The notes under the pieces: generated by a model
The model's input: only the letters and a program-made list of their open reading frames with translations
Told to the model about the DNA's origin: nothing
Database searches by the model: none
NCBI GenBank assembly: GCA_963713825.1
Contig: CAVQNG010000003.1
Span: 800,001 to 864,000 of the forward strand
Origin: an uncultured Acidobacteriota bacterium
GTDB taxonomy: Bacteria > Acidobacteriota > Thermoanaerobaculia > Multivoradales > JAHEKO01
Direction: 5' to 3'
Length of the DNA: 64,000 bases
Shown here: piece by piece, positions 52,987-62,299 of the stretch
Layout: every line of letters begins with the position of its first letter
Position numbering within the stretch: position 1 is the first letter of the stretch
Translations under genes and position numbers: made by a program

Positions 52987-54579
52987 ATGACGGTCAATCT
53001 CATCGACAACAACCTGTTGCCGCCCCTGGCGAGTGCGTTTCTAGAAGGCACCGGGACCGAATTGCTCGCGCCGGTGCGATTTCAAGCACCGGGCGCCCCG
53101 CCACCCACAGATTCTGCTCTGGTTGGCGATCGGCGAGAGCTAAGCAAGGGCCTGACCGTTGCCAACAGCGGCTACGCTCACCCTGCGGCGGAAGAGCTGG
53201 GCAGGAAGCTGGCCGACCCGGCGACGCTCGTGGTGATCACCGGGCAGCAGCCGGGGCTGTTTGGCGGACCGCTCTACGGCCTTTCGAAGGCTGTTGCCGC
53301 CGTGCGCTGGGCCGAGCGACTGGAGCGCGACGGTCAGCCAGCCGTGGCGCTGTTCTGGATCGCAACCGAGGATCACGACTTCAAGGAGTCTTCCCGGGCC
53401 GCCTTCTTCACTCCGGCCGGGCCACGAGCCTTTGACCTTGGCGCAGACCTCGCACCGCTGCGACCAATGGGGCTTCGTCAACTGGGGCCCGAGGTCGACA
53501 GGGTCCTGGCGGAGTTGCGCGAGGCCATCCCGGGCGAGCAGTTCGCTGGCTGGATCGAGGAACTGGGTCAGTGGTACCAGCCGGAGAACGACTTTGGGAG
53601 TGCGTTTGCCGGGTTGATGGTTCATCTACTCGGGGAGCGCGCTCCTCTGCTGGTCGACTCCCTGCTGCCCGAGCTCAAGCAGGCCCAGGCGCCGTGGATG
53701 AAGCGCCTGGTGGTCGAGCGTCACCGGGTCGCAGAGACTGCCGCCGAGCGGGACAGTGCCATTGAAACCGCCGGCTTCTCCCTTCAGGTACGACCCCAGC
53801 CAGGTGCCAGCCCCCTGTTCCTGTTGCACGAGGGCGAGCGTCGGCGAATCGAGTGGTTGGGAGAGGATCGATTGAAGCTGCGTGGCACTCCAGAGGTTGT
53901 GCGGGATGTCGATTGGCTGTTGGAGACCCTCGAGCAAGAGCCCGAGATCGTGAGCCCGGGGGTTCTGGCCCGTTCGGCGATCCAGGACGCGGTGTTTGGC
54001 ACCGGGTTGCAGGTCCTGGGTCCAGGCGAACTGGCGTACCTCCCGCAGGTTGCGCCTCTGTACTCTCTGCTCGAGATCGGACCCCCTGCGATTGCGCTTC
54101 GTCCCCAGGCGCTAGTTCTCGAGGAGCATGTTGCGAAGAAGATGGAGGCTGCGGGGCTGACTCTGTCGGAGTTGGCGGATCCGGATCTGGAGATCGATGA
54201 CCATCTCGCGGGTAGCGCCGGGGAAGAGTTTCTCGATCCTGCGAGAAGACAGCTCGAGGCTCTATTGGCCGGCCTGGAGGCGCCCGCCTTGGAGTTGGAT
54301 CCCGGCCTTGCCGGCCCCTGGCGCAAGACGGGAGAGCAGATGAAGCGAGCCCTGGACTCGTTCAGCGGCAGGATCAAAGGGGCCTCGGCGAGACGGGATC
54401 AGATGGCACGGCAGCGCCTCGAGACGCTGCGCGACACAGTTCGGCCGATGAATCAACTGCAGGAGCGTGTCATTTCCACAGCCCACTACCCGGGCAAGTA
54501 TGGCAGGGGCTTCTCGGAGGCAATGCTCGAGCAGCTCGACGAGCAGGACCCCATAACCCTACAGGTCGTTCGTCCGTAA
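52987..54579 (+). CDS. bshC: Bacillithiol biosynthesis cysteine-adding enzyme BshC
   Basis: TGQQPGLFGGPLY, FWIATEDHD, GPGELAY, LQER. Confidence 0.92.
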   Translation: MTVNLIDNNLLPPLASAFLEGTGTELLAPVRFQAPGAPPPTDSALVGDRRELSKGLTVANSGYAHPAAEELGRKLADPATLVVITGQQPGLFGGPLYGLSKAVAAVRWAERLERDGQPAVALFWIATEDHDFKESSRAAFFTPAGPRAFDLGADLAPLRPMGLRQLGPEVDRVLAELREAIPGEQFAGWIEELGQWYQPENDFGSAFAGLMVHLLGERAPLLVDSLLPELKQAQAPWMKRLVVERHRVAETAAERDSAIETAGFSLQVRPQPGASPLFLLHEGERRRIEWLGEDRLKLRGTPEVVRDVDWLLETLEQEPEIVSPGVLARSAIQDAVFGTGLQVLGPGELAYLPQVAPLYSLLEIGPPAIALRPQALVLEEHVAKKMEAAGLTLSELADPDLEIDDHLAGSAGEEFLDPARRQLEALLAGLEAPALELDPGLAGPWRKTGEQMKRALDSFSGRIKGASARRDQMARQRLETLRDTVRPMNQLQERVISTAHYPGKYGRGFSEAMLEQLDEQDPITLQVVRP

Positions 54580-54617
54580 GAGGTGCGGATCATGATCTCT
54601 TGTTCTGGGAGTAAAGG

Positions 54618-55337
54618 ATGAAGCTGGATGTCTTGGCAGTCGGTTCCCACCCTGACGATGTCGAGTTGGGCTGTGGCGGTACGGTGGCTCTGCTGGCGGC
54701 GCGGGGTTTGAAGGTGGGAATCGTCCACCTGACCCGCGGCGAGGCGGGGACGCGGGGTACGGTCGAAGAACGTTGCGCCGAGGCGGCAGTCGCGGCGGCG
54801 GCTTTGCAGGCGCAAGAGTTGGTGTTTCTGGATTGCGGTGACGGCTCCCTGCGCACCGGTCCCGAAGAGGAAGACGCTTTGATCCAGGCGTTGCGTCGCT
54901 ACCGACCCGATCTGGTTTTCGGCCCGAGCCCCTCCGATCGCCACCCCGATCATGGGAGGGCGCATCGTCTTCTGGCTGCGGCGAGCTACTATGCCGGTCT
55001 CGCGAGTCGGGGGACATCCGAGCCTCATCGGCCGGCCGCCGTGTTCTCCTACATGCAACACGACACCTTCGAGCCCAGCTTCATCGTCGACGTGACTTCT
55101 ACCTGGCAGACCAAGCTGCAAGCGCTGGAGGCCTACTCGAGCCAACTGCATCAGCCCGGAAGCAGCCGCGACGAGCCACTCACCAAGGTCGCTTCGCCGG
55201 AGTTCAGGGCAGCCGTCGTGGGGCGCGCGCAGCACTACGGCCTGGCCGTTGGCGCCGCCTACGGGGAGCCCTTTTGGAGTCGGCTACCCCTGGCCGTGGC
55301 CGACCCTTGGACGCTGGTGCCGGGAGGTCTGCGTTGA
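54618..55337 (+). CDS. bshB1: Bacillithiol biosynthesis deacetylase BshB1
   Basis: HPDDVELGCGG, TRGEAGTRG, RHPDH, YSSQ. Confidence 0.9.
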   Translation: MKLDVLAVGSHPDDVELGCGGTVALLAARGLKVGIVHLTRGEAGTRGTVEERCAEAAVAAAALQAQELVFLDCGDGSLRTGPEEEDALIQALRRYRPDLVFGPSPSDRHPDHGRAHRLLAAASYYAGLASRGTSEPHRPAAVFSYMQHDTFEPSFIVDVTSTWQTKLQALEAYSSQLHQPGSSRDEPLTKVASPEFRAAVVGRAQHYGLAVGAAYGEPFWSRLPLAVADPWTLVPGGLR

Positions 55338-56455
55338 GGATCGGCATCAGCTGCTATCCGACCTTTGGTGGTTCGGGCATTGTCGCCACCGAACTGGCGA
55401 TGGCCCTGGCGGCGGGCGGTGACGAGGTGCACGTCATCAGCTACGCCCTGCCGTCGCGCCTGTCGTTCATCAATGCCAATCTGTTCTACCACGAGGTCGT
55501 GGTGCCCCACTATCCGCTCTTCGAGTATCCGCCCTACTCGCTGGCGTTGGCCACGCAGATTGTCGAAGTGGCGCGACATCAACGGCTCGATGTGATTCAC
55601 GTCCACTACGCGGTGCCCAACGCGGTCTCAGCGGTACTGGCGCGGGAGATCCTCGAGCCTCAGCCGTTGAAGGTGGTCACCACGCTGCACGGAACGGATA
55701 TCACCCTGGTAGGCAACGACCCCAACTATCTGGAGACCACGCGGTTTGGAATCGTCAAGAGCGATGCGGTGACAGCGGTCTCCCAGGCGTTGCGCGAGGC
55801 GACCCAGAAGCAGTTGGGAATCACGAATCACATCGAGGTGGTTCCCAACTTCATCGACCCGACGCGATATGAAAAGGCACGATCTCATCCGGGAGCCCTC
55901 CGATGGAGCCAGGAAGGAGAGAAGGTCCTGGTTCACATCTCCAACTTTCGCCCCGTGAAGCGGGTCTTCGACGTGGTGGAGATCTTCCACCAGGTGCGCC
56001 GCAAAATGCCGGCGCGGCTCCTGCTGATCGGCGATGGCCCCGACCGACCCAAGATCGAGCAGCACTGTCGTGAGTGCGGCATCTGCGATTCGATCACCTT
56101 TATCGGCAACCTGCCTTTGGTGGAAGAGGTTCTGGTGGGAGCGGACCTGTTTCTATTGCCGTCCGAGACAGAGTCCTTTGGTCTGGCCGCGCTGGAAGCC
56201 CTGGCGTGCGAAGTACCGGTGATTGCCACCGAGGTGGGTGGACTGCCGGAGGTCGTGCGCGAAGGAGAGAACGGTTTTCTACTGCCAGTTGGTGACATCG
56301 ACGGCATGGCGGCGGCTGCCCTGACGCTCTTGGAAGACGACGAGATGCGGCAGCGCTTTGGTAAGGCCGGTCGGCGGTGGGCTGTGGAGCGCTTCGACGA
56401 GGCTTCGGTCGTCCGGCAGTATCGGCGGATCTATCACAGGGTTCTCGAGGACTAG
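55334..56455 (+). CDS. bshA: N-acetyl-alpha-D-glucosaminyl L-malate synthase BshA
   Basis: CYPTFGGSGIVATEL, HVHYAVP, TTLHGTD, HISNFRPVKR, ESFGL; TTG start. Confidence 0.95.
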   Translation: MRIGISCYPTFGGSGIVATELAMALAAGGDEVHVISYALPSRLSFINANLFYHEVVVPHYPLFEYPPYSLALATQIVEVARHQRLDVIHVHYAVPNAVSAVLAREILEPQPLKVVTTLHGTDITLVGNDPNYLETTRFGIVKSDAVTAVSQALREATQKQLGITNHIEVVPNFIDPTRYEKARSHPGALRWSQEGEKVLVHISNFRPVKRVFDVVEIFHQVRRKMPARLLLIGDGPDRPKIEQHCRECGICDSITFIGNLPLVEEVLVGADLFLLPSETESFGLAALEALACEVPVIATEVGGLPEVVREGENGFLLPVGDIDGMAAAALTLLEDDEMRQRFGKAGRRWAVERFDEASVVRQYRRIYHRVLED

Positions 56456-56460
56456 GTCGC

Positions 56461-57072
56461 GTGGCGCCTCCCGGGGAGCCCTATCTGGCGCCGGCCGGGA
56501 CCGCTCGTGCCGAGCTGCGGGAAAAAGGCTCACGGTTCCTGGCGCTGGTCGAACCGGTCGAGGACGAGTCGGTGGCTCGCGAACGGCTGAAGAGCCTCGC
56601 CATTGAATACTCGGACTCGACACATGTTTGCTGGGCCTGGCGAATCGGCCAACCACCCAGCGAAAGGTTCTCTGATGCTGGCGAGCCCGCTGGAACCGCT
56701 GGCACTCCGATGCTACAAGTCTTGCGTGGCGCGAAGCTCTCGGACCTCATGGCGGTTGTGGTGCGCTGGTACGGAGGTGTGAAGCTGGGCAAGGGTGGCT
56801 TGGCGAGGGCCTACTCGCAAGTAGTTCAGGAGGCCCTCGAAGAGCTGCCGACGGAGGAGCGCGTGCCCACGGTCTTGGTGGAGATCGTCGTTCCCTACAC
56901 CCGGTTCGGGGATCTCAAGCGGTTGGTTCATCCTCCCGAGGTCGAGATCGTCGATGAGCGCTACGCGGACGAGAGCGTTCGGTTGACGCTCGAGGTCGCC
57001 GTCGGTCGACAGGCGTGGCTTCGGGAGGCCCTGGCGAGCCTCGGCGCCGAACCGACAGGCCCTGGCGGGTAG
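56461..57072 (+). CDS. YigZ/IMPACT family protein
   Basis: KGSRF, THVCWAW, DAGEP.GTAG, VRWYGGVKLG.GGL.RAY. Confidence 0.9.
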   Translation: MAPPGEPYLAPAGTARAELREKGSRFLALVEPVEDESVARERLKSLAIEYSDSTHVCWAWRIGQPPSERFSDAGEPAGTAGTPMLQVLRGAKLSDLMAVVVRWYGGVKLGKGGLARAYSQVVQEALEELPTEERVPTVLVEIVVPYTRFGDLKRLVHPPEVEIVDERYADESVRLTLEVAVGRQAWLREALASLGAEPTGPGG

Positions 57073-57200
57073 AGCGTCTGGGCTGTAGACTTCACCTACG
57101 TTCCGTCAAGCGCCCGGTAGGGGCTTCGATCACACTGGGCGAACCGTCGAACACGAGGTGACCTCGTGTCACCGGACCAGGACGCCAAGGAGGCAGCGCG

Positions 57201-57602
57201 ATGAGTGATCAAGAGACCCCGCAAAGTGAAGCACCGCAGGAGGAAACCCCAACCCCAACACCTCCGGCACCGACCGCGGACGCCTCGGAGTCGACGAACC
57301 GGGGATTGATGATCATCCTCTCTTACCTGTGGATCTTGGCGCTGATCCCCCTGTTGGTCGAGAAGGACGACAAAGAGATTCAGTGGCACGCCAAGAACGG
57401 TCTGGTCCTGACTATCGCCGAAGTCATTCTGCAGCTTCTCGTCAACGCCATTGCCGTCACTGGTATCGGCTGCGTCTTCGCGATCTTCATCCCGTTGATC
57501 TTCCTCGGCTTCACCGTCATCCGCGTCATCGCGATCTTCAAGGGCCTCAACGGCGAGCGGTTCATCGTGCCCGGGCTCAGCCAGTACGTGGACAAGTTCT
57601 AG
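57201..57602 (+). CDS. DUF4870-like membrane protein
   Basis: LSYL..LIPLL..WHAKNG; three TMs. Confidence 0.7.
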   Translation: MSDQETPQSEAPQEETPTPTPPAPTADASESTNRGLMIILSYLWILALIPLLVEKDDKEIQWHAKNGLVLTIAEVILQLLVNAIAVTGIGCVFAIFIPLIFLGFTVIRVIAIFKGLNGERFIVPGLSQYVDKF

Positions 57603-57645
57603 GCAGGGTCGTTATCTTGAAAGATCTCGAACGAGGATCGATCGC

Positions 57646-58362
57646 ATGAATGAACCGATCAGCACGACCGCCACACCACCTCCGGAACCTCCCGCCGGTG
57701 ACAACGAGCGCCAGGGCAACCCCTGGGAACGACGCGACGAATTGGGGGTCAGCCAGGGTTTCCTGGAAGCTCTGAAGCTGTTTGTCGTGTCACCCGTCGA
57801 AGCGTTCAACCAGACCCGACGCCAGGGCGACTACGGTAGCCCCCTGCTGTTCGCCGTTGTCCTCGGGTGGGCCGGTGTCCTGATCGCCAAAGTCTGGGAG
57901 ACCCTTTTCGGCATGTCGGTCCTGTCCGCCTTCCCGCCAGAAGTGCGTGACCAGCTCCCCTTCTTGGTTGGTGGTTCGACGTTCGGCTTGGTTCTCAGTC
58001 TTGTCTTGGCTCCGATCTACATTCTCGTGGCGCTGTTCATCTGGAGCGCCTTGCTCCATCTGTGTCTGGTTCTGGTCGGAGGGCTGAAGGATTCGACGGC
58101 GGGCTTCGAGGGTACGTTCCGCGTGGTGTCGTACGCGACGGTGGCGCAATTGGGCAGCCTGGTGCCGATCTTCGGTAGCCTCATCACCCTTGTCTGGACC
58201 GTCGTGCTGGGAGTTGTCGGCATCACCAGCCTGCACAAGAGCTCTCAGGGCCAGGCTGTCGCCGCGCTCCTCATACCGTTGGTGCTCTGTTGTCTGTGCA
58301 TCTTCTTCTTTTTGATGACGATCGGTGCCGGACTCATGGCGGCGTTCGCAACGCAGAGTTGA
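57646..58362 (+). CDS. Yip1 domain membrane protein
   Basis: PWE N-terminal motif, FEGTFRVVSY, multi-TM. Confidence 0.7.
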   Translation: MNEPISTTATPPPEPPAGDNERQGNPWERRDELGVSQGFLEALKLFVVSPVEAFNQTRRQGDYGSPLLFAVVLGWAGVLIAKVWETLFGMSVLSAFPPEVRDQLPFLVGGSTFGLVLSLVLAPIYILVALFIWSALLHLCLVLVGGLKDSTAGFEGTFRVVSYATVAQLGSLVPIFGSLITLVWTVVLGVVGITSLHKSSQGQAVAALLIPLVLCCLCIFFFLMTIGAGLMAAFATQS

Positions 58363-58377
58363 GATCACGGAGCGTAG

Positions 58378-58827
58378 GTGGCTTTGCCGAAGAGGGAAAC
58401 CGGCGCGAAGGTCTTGTCGGGAGACGGTTTCGCTTCTGTCTCTGAGACCAGTCAACGGCAACTGGGATTGTTGTGGGGGACGGTGGTGGTGGTGCTGTTG
58501 GCGCTGGTGCCCTACGCAAGGCAGCTCGCCGGATCCCTGCCGGTCTGCACCTTCAAGGCGATCGTCGGCATTCCCTGTCCGACCTGCGGAATCACTCGCA
58601 CAGTTCTGGCTCTTGCCGATCTGGAGTTCTCGACGGCCTTGCGAACCAACCCCCTGGGAGCCGTCCTTCTGACAGCATTCTTGGCAGGGGGGCTGGTCGC
58701 AGGGGTGTCCGCGATCCGGGGCAGGCCGCTGAAGGAGCCGCGCTGGAGTCTGCGACCCATCGAGAGACTCGGTCTCGCAGCCGTGATCGTCGCGAACTGG
58801 GCCTATCTCATCTCGAGGGGCGTCTAG
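58378..58827 (+). CDS. DUF2752 family membrane protein
   Basis: CTFKAIVGIPCPTCGITR..NP motif. Confidence 0.8.
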   Translation: MALPKRETGAKVLSGDGFASVSETSQRQLGLLWGTVVVVLLALVPYARQLAGSLPVCTFKAIVGIPCPTCGITRTVLALADLEFSTALRTNPLGAVLLTAFLAGGLVAGVSAIRGRPLKEPRWSLRPIERLGLAAVIVANWAYLISRGV

Positions 58828-58848
58828 AGCCTGCCGCGCGAGGGTCCC

Positions 58849-59211
58849 TTGCAGAGCTCCTCGTCGAAGCAGCGCATCGAGGTCGACGACCGATCAAGCC
58901 GCAACAAGAGACGGCGAATCAAGGCGGTCATCCTGGTCACCCTGCTTCTGATACTGGGCTGGGACCTCTCCCGAGAACCGGCGAAACAGGGGGCGGCCTG
59001 GCTGATGCTTCGAGGCATCAACCTCTATCAAGCCCGAGTCTCGACAGGGCTGTCCAGGGCCGGCGTTCGGTGCCGCTTCGAGCCGACATGCAGCCACTAT
59101 GCAGTCGCCTCGATCGAGAAGTATGGTGCCGTGCGGGGTGGTTGGCGCAGCGCTCGGCGCCTCGCCCGGTGTGGGCCATGGACCGCCGCCGGAACCGTGG
59201 ACCCACCATGA
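58849..59211 (+). CDS. Second YidD-family protein with N-terminal hydrophobic helix
   Basis: YQ..S..CRFEPTCSHY..RCGPW. Confidence 0.8.
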   Translation: MQSSSSKQRIEVDDRSSRNKRRRIKAVILVTLLLILGWDLSREPAKQGAAWLMLRGINLYQARVSTGLSRAGVRCRFEPTCSHYAVASIEKYGAVRGGWRSARRLARCGPWTAAGTVDPP

Positions 59212-59406
59212 GGTAGCGGGACCGAGGGGCCATGCGTGGCGTGGGTCGAGTAGCGGCCGGCCGTGTATCGAAGATATCAGGACCCGGGACCCAAGCCCCA
59301 GGACGGGCGGGTGGGTAGGTGAGGGAGGATGTCGACCCTGCCCTACCACGTGGCTGACGCTGGTGCTAGCATACGCCGCGCCCGAAGCAACCCGGCACAA
59401 GCAGTC

Positions 59407-59736
59407 ATGCAAAGCCCTCACCCCACAGAGATCCGGCGACAGCCCGAACCGCGAACGTTGCGGATGCTGTGGAGCGACGGCCATGAGTCTGAGTACGAGT
59501 ACGACTATCTTCGGGGCTACTGTCCGTGTGCGGGTTGCCAGGGACACGGGGCTCACGAGATCGAGTTCCAACCCCCCGAGAACCCGGTGGAACCCCTGAC
59601 GATCCGCCCGGTCGGCAACTACGCCATCTCGTTTCACTGGTCGGACGCCCACTCCACCGGCATCTACCGCTTCGATTTCCTGCGCAGCATCTGTCCCTGT
59701 GACGCCTGTCGTGCCGAACGGGGAGACGATGCTTGA
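59407..59736 (+). CDS. DUF971 (gamma-butyrobetaine hydroxylase N-terminal-like) protein
   Basis: WSDGH, LRGYCPCAGC, VGNYA..WSDAH.TGIY. Confidence 0.85.
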   Translation: MQSPHPTEIRRQPEPRTLRMLWSDGHESEYEYDYLRGYCPCAGCQGHGAHEIEFQPPENPVEPLTIRPVGNYAISFHWSDAHSTGIYRFDFLRSICPCDACRAERGDDA

Positions 59737-59754
59737 GCGGCTGGTGGATAGGCA

Positions 59755-60345
59755 ATGAAAGGAGCAGCAATGCGAGCCATGCTTTTTTGTTTGTTGGGAG
59801 TTGTCGGTCTAACCCAGATCGCCCGAGGCGAGAATGGTGGAGAAGCACCGCGGGTGGTGCTGGAGACGAACCACGGCAACATCATCCTGGAGCTCTATCC
59901 CGACAAAGCGCCCCAGTCGGTCGAGAACTTCCTCGCCTATGTGGATGAGGGCTATTACGCCGGAACCATCTTTCACCGGGTGATCGACGGGTTCATGATT
60001 CAGGGTGGCGGTTTCACCGACGACATGATGAAGAAGCCCACCAGGAACGGTGTACCGAACGAGGCGGACAACGGCCTCAAGAACTCACGCGGCACGGTCG
60101 CCATGGCCCGCACCAACGATCCCCACAGCGCTACCTCCCAGTTCTTCGTCAACACGGTCGACAATGCCCCTCTGGACCATACGGACAAGACGCCTCGGGG
60201 ATGGGGCTACACGGTCTTCGGCCACATCGTCGACGGCATGGATGTCGTCGATGCCATCGCCAAGGTTCCGACAACCACGGTCGGTCCTTTTCGCGATGTC
60301 CCTGGCGAGACGGTCGTCATCCTCTCGGCCAAGCGAGCGGAATAG
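59755..60345 (+). CDS. ppiA: Periplasmic cyclophilin-type peptidyl-prolyl isomerase
   Basis: Signal peptide; [26 protein letters not shown]. Confidence 0.92.
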   Translation: MKGAAMRAMLFCLLGVVGLTQIARGENGGEAPRVVLETNHGNIILELYPDKAPQSVENFLAYVDEGYYAGTIFHRVIDGFMIQGGGFTDDMMKKPTRNGVPNEADNGLKNSRGTVAMARTNDPHSATSQFFVNTVDNAPLDHTDKTPRGWGYTVFGHIVDGMDVVDAIAKVPTTTVGPFRDVPGETVVILSAKRAE

Positions 60346-60373
60346 CACCCCAGAGGCTGCGGAGCAGCCACGG

Positions 60374-60934
60374 CTACTTCTTGGTCTTTTGGCGGATGAG
60401 ATCCAGGCAGGCCCAGAGGCTATCCAGCTGGTCCCTGCCGTGGGGCAGGGTGAGGGCTCGCCAGACGTCGCGGATTGCCGACAACAGATCGTTGTAGTCC
60501 ACGGGCAGGTCGCGTTCGATGATGCGGCGCAAGGCGACGAACAGATCGCTGGTCGTCCACAGCGCGGGCTGTTTCCCCGCCAGCTCCTGCCAACCAACAC
60601 GCAACGCCGCCACCTGTCCTCGGGCCGACGCGGAGGCGACTTCGAGCGCCAACAACCGAGCGACTTCTGGGTAGGAGTCGAAGACCCCTTGGTCCGGCAG
60701 CGTGCGGTCACCGATCACCTGCCAGTGTTGGGGTAGGAGCTCTTCCTTGCGAATCTGCATCATGAGGGCGTCGAAGCGCGCCACGGGCAGCCCGGAGAAA
60801 AGAGTGCCGAGAGAGGGCAGGTCGTCGCCCTTCGCCCACTGGGCGATTTCGGCTTGAGAGGGAAGGACTCGGGGTGCGTCGGCCGGCGCATCAGCCGGCG
60901 GTGACGGGCTGTCGCTGGCGGTGCTGTCGGTCAT
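60374..60934 (-). CDS. Hypothetical protein
   Basis: 186-aa ORF filling the gap between ppiA and tRNA-Leu; no recognised motif. Confidence 0.6.
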   Translation of the reverse strand: MTDSTASDSPSPPADAPADAPRVLPSQAEIAQWAKGDDLPSLGTLFSGLPVARFDALMMQIRKEELLPQHWQVIGDRTLPDQGVFDSYPEVARLLALEVASASARGQVAALRVGWQELAGKQPALWTTSDLFVALRRIIERDLPVDYNDLLSAIRDVWRALTLPHGRDQLDSLWACLDLIRQKTKK

Positions 60935-60945
60935 GATGAAAGGGA

Positions 60946-61030
60946 TGGTGCCGAAGGCCGGACTCGAACCGGCACGGGTCGCCCCACACGCCCCTCAAGC
61001 GTGCGCGTCTACCAATTCCGCCACTTCGGC
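60946..61030 (-). tRNA. tRNA-Leu(GAG)
   Basis: Anticodon arm CACGC-TTGAGGG-GCGTG; GGTTCGAGTCC; CCA; follows secG. Confidence 0.96.
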
Positions 61031-61102
61031 GCAGTCAGGGATTCTAACAAGATCTTGGGACCACCGCGGATGTCTCTTGTCGGGCAGGAAGACCGAGGAG
61101 TC

Positions 61103-61522
61103 CTACTGCTCGTCGGGCGGCGGGGCCTCCTCGGAAAGAGCTTCTTCTTCCACGGCGATGGCCTCCGCCTCTTCGGCGGCTGTCTCTATGACCGCCTCCT
61201 CGACCGCTTCTTCGACTGCCATACCGGCATCCGTGGTCGGTACTGGAACCGGCTCCGCAGCCTCCTCCACTGTACTCATGACGGAGCTCTGACTGCTGCC
61301 GGTTTGCAGAAAGCCGATGGCCATGGTGGTGAGGATGAAGCCGACAAAGCCCGCCACGGTCATCTTGTGCAGTATGGTGGCGGCGCCGCGCGCTCCGAAG
61401 GCGGCCTGCGTACTGCCACCTCCGAAGACCGAAAGATCCGCACCCTTGCCCTGTTGAAGAAGGACGACGAGGATCAGAAACAGACAAATGACGACGTGAA
61501 TCGTATAGAGAACGTAGATCAC
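61103..61522 (-). CDS. secG: Preprotein translocase subunit SecG
   Basis: VLLQQGKG..FGGG..FG motif; tpiA-secG-tRNA-Leu synteny. Confidence 0.92.
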   Translation of the reverse strand: MIYVLYTIHVVICLFLILVVLLQQGKGADLSVFGGGSTQAAFGARGAATILHKMTVAGFVGFILTTMAIGFLQTGSSQSSVMSTVEEAAEPVPVPTTDAGMAVEEAVEEAVIETAAEEAEAIAVEEEALSEEAPPPDEQ

Positions 61523-61540
61523 AGATATTACCTCCCGGGC

Positions 61541-62299
61541 TCAAGAATCTGAGCCGCAGCTGCGAATGATAGCGAGGAATTTCTCCGGGTCAAGGCTGGC
61601 CCCTCCCACCAGGAAGCCGTCCAGGTCCGGTTTCGAGATCAGCTCGGCGGCATTCTGGGGGTTTACCGATCCACCATAGAGGATTCGTTTCGCCTCGGCC
61701 GCGGTCTCGCCGAGCATCTCGGCGAGCAGACCGCGCAGGAATGCGTGGGCTTCCTGGGCGATCTCTGGCGTCGCTGTCTCGCCTGTACCGATCGCCCACA
61801 CCGGCTCGTAGGCCAGGGTGAAAGTCGCGGGGCCCGCGGTCAACGCGGCACGGAGCTGGCGCTCCAGCACTTCGAAGGTCCGCTCGGCCTGCCGTTCGGC
61901 CTGGGTCTCTCCAACGCAGATCAGCGGAGTCAGGCCGTAGCGCAGGGCTGCGACCGCTTTCTGGCGCACGAGATCGTCACTCTCGTCGTGATCGTGGCGG
62001 CGCTCGCTGTGACCGCAGAGAACCCAGGTGCACCCCGCGTCCACCAACTGGGGCCCTGAGACATCGCCCGTATGCGCACCCTTGTCCTCTGGATGCAGGT
62101 CCTGTCCGCCGCAGCCCACTTCGCTACCCTCTAGAGCGTCGGACACTTCATGAAGTAGTGGAAAGGAAGGAAAGAGCACGACGTCGGCTTGTAGTGTCGC
62201 CCCTGCCAGAAACTCCTCACAGAACCGCCGTGCATCCTGGCGGAGAAAGTGCATCTTCCAGTTACCGCCCACCATGGGCCTGCGTCGATTGGGGCTCAT
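61541..62299 (-). CDS. tpiA: Triosephosphate isomerase
   Basis: GNWKM, GHSERR, AYEPVWAIGTG, YGGSV, VGGASL. Confidence 0.98.
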   Translation of the reverse strand: MSPNRRRPMVGGNWKMHFLRQDARRFCEEFLAGATLQADVVLFPSFPLLHEVSDALEGSEVGCGGQDLHPEDKGAHTGDVSGPQLVDAGCTWVLCGHSERRHDHDESDDLVRQKAVAALRYGLTPLICVGETQAERQAERTFEVLERQLRAALTAGPATFTLAYEPVWAIGTGETATPEIAQEAHAFLRGLLAEMLGETAAEAKRILYGGSVNPQNAAELISKPDLDGFLVGGASLDPEKFLAIIRSCGSDS

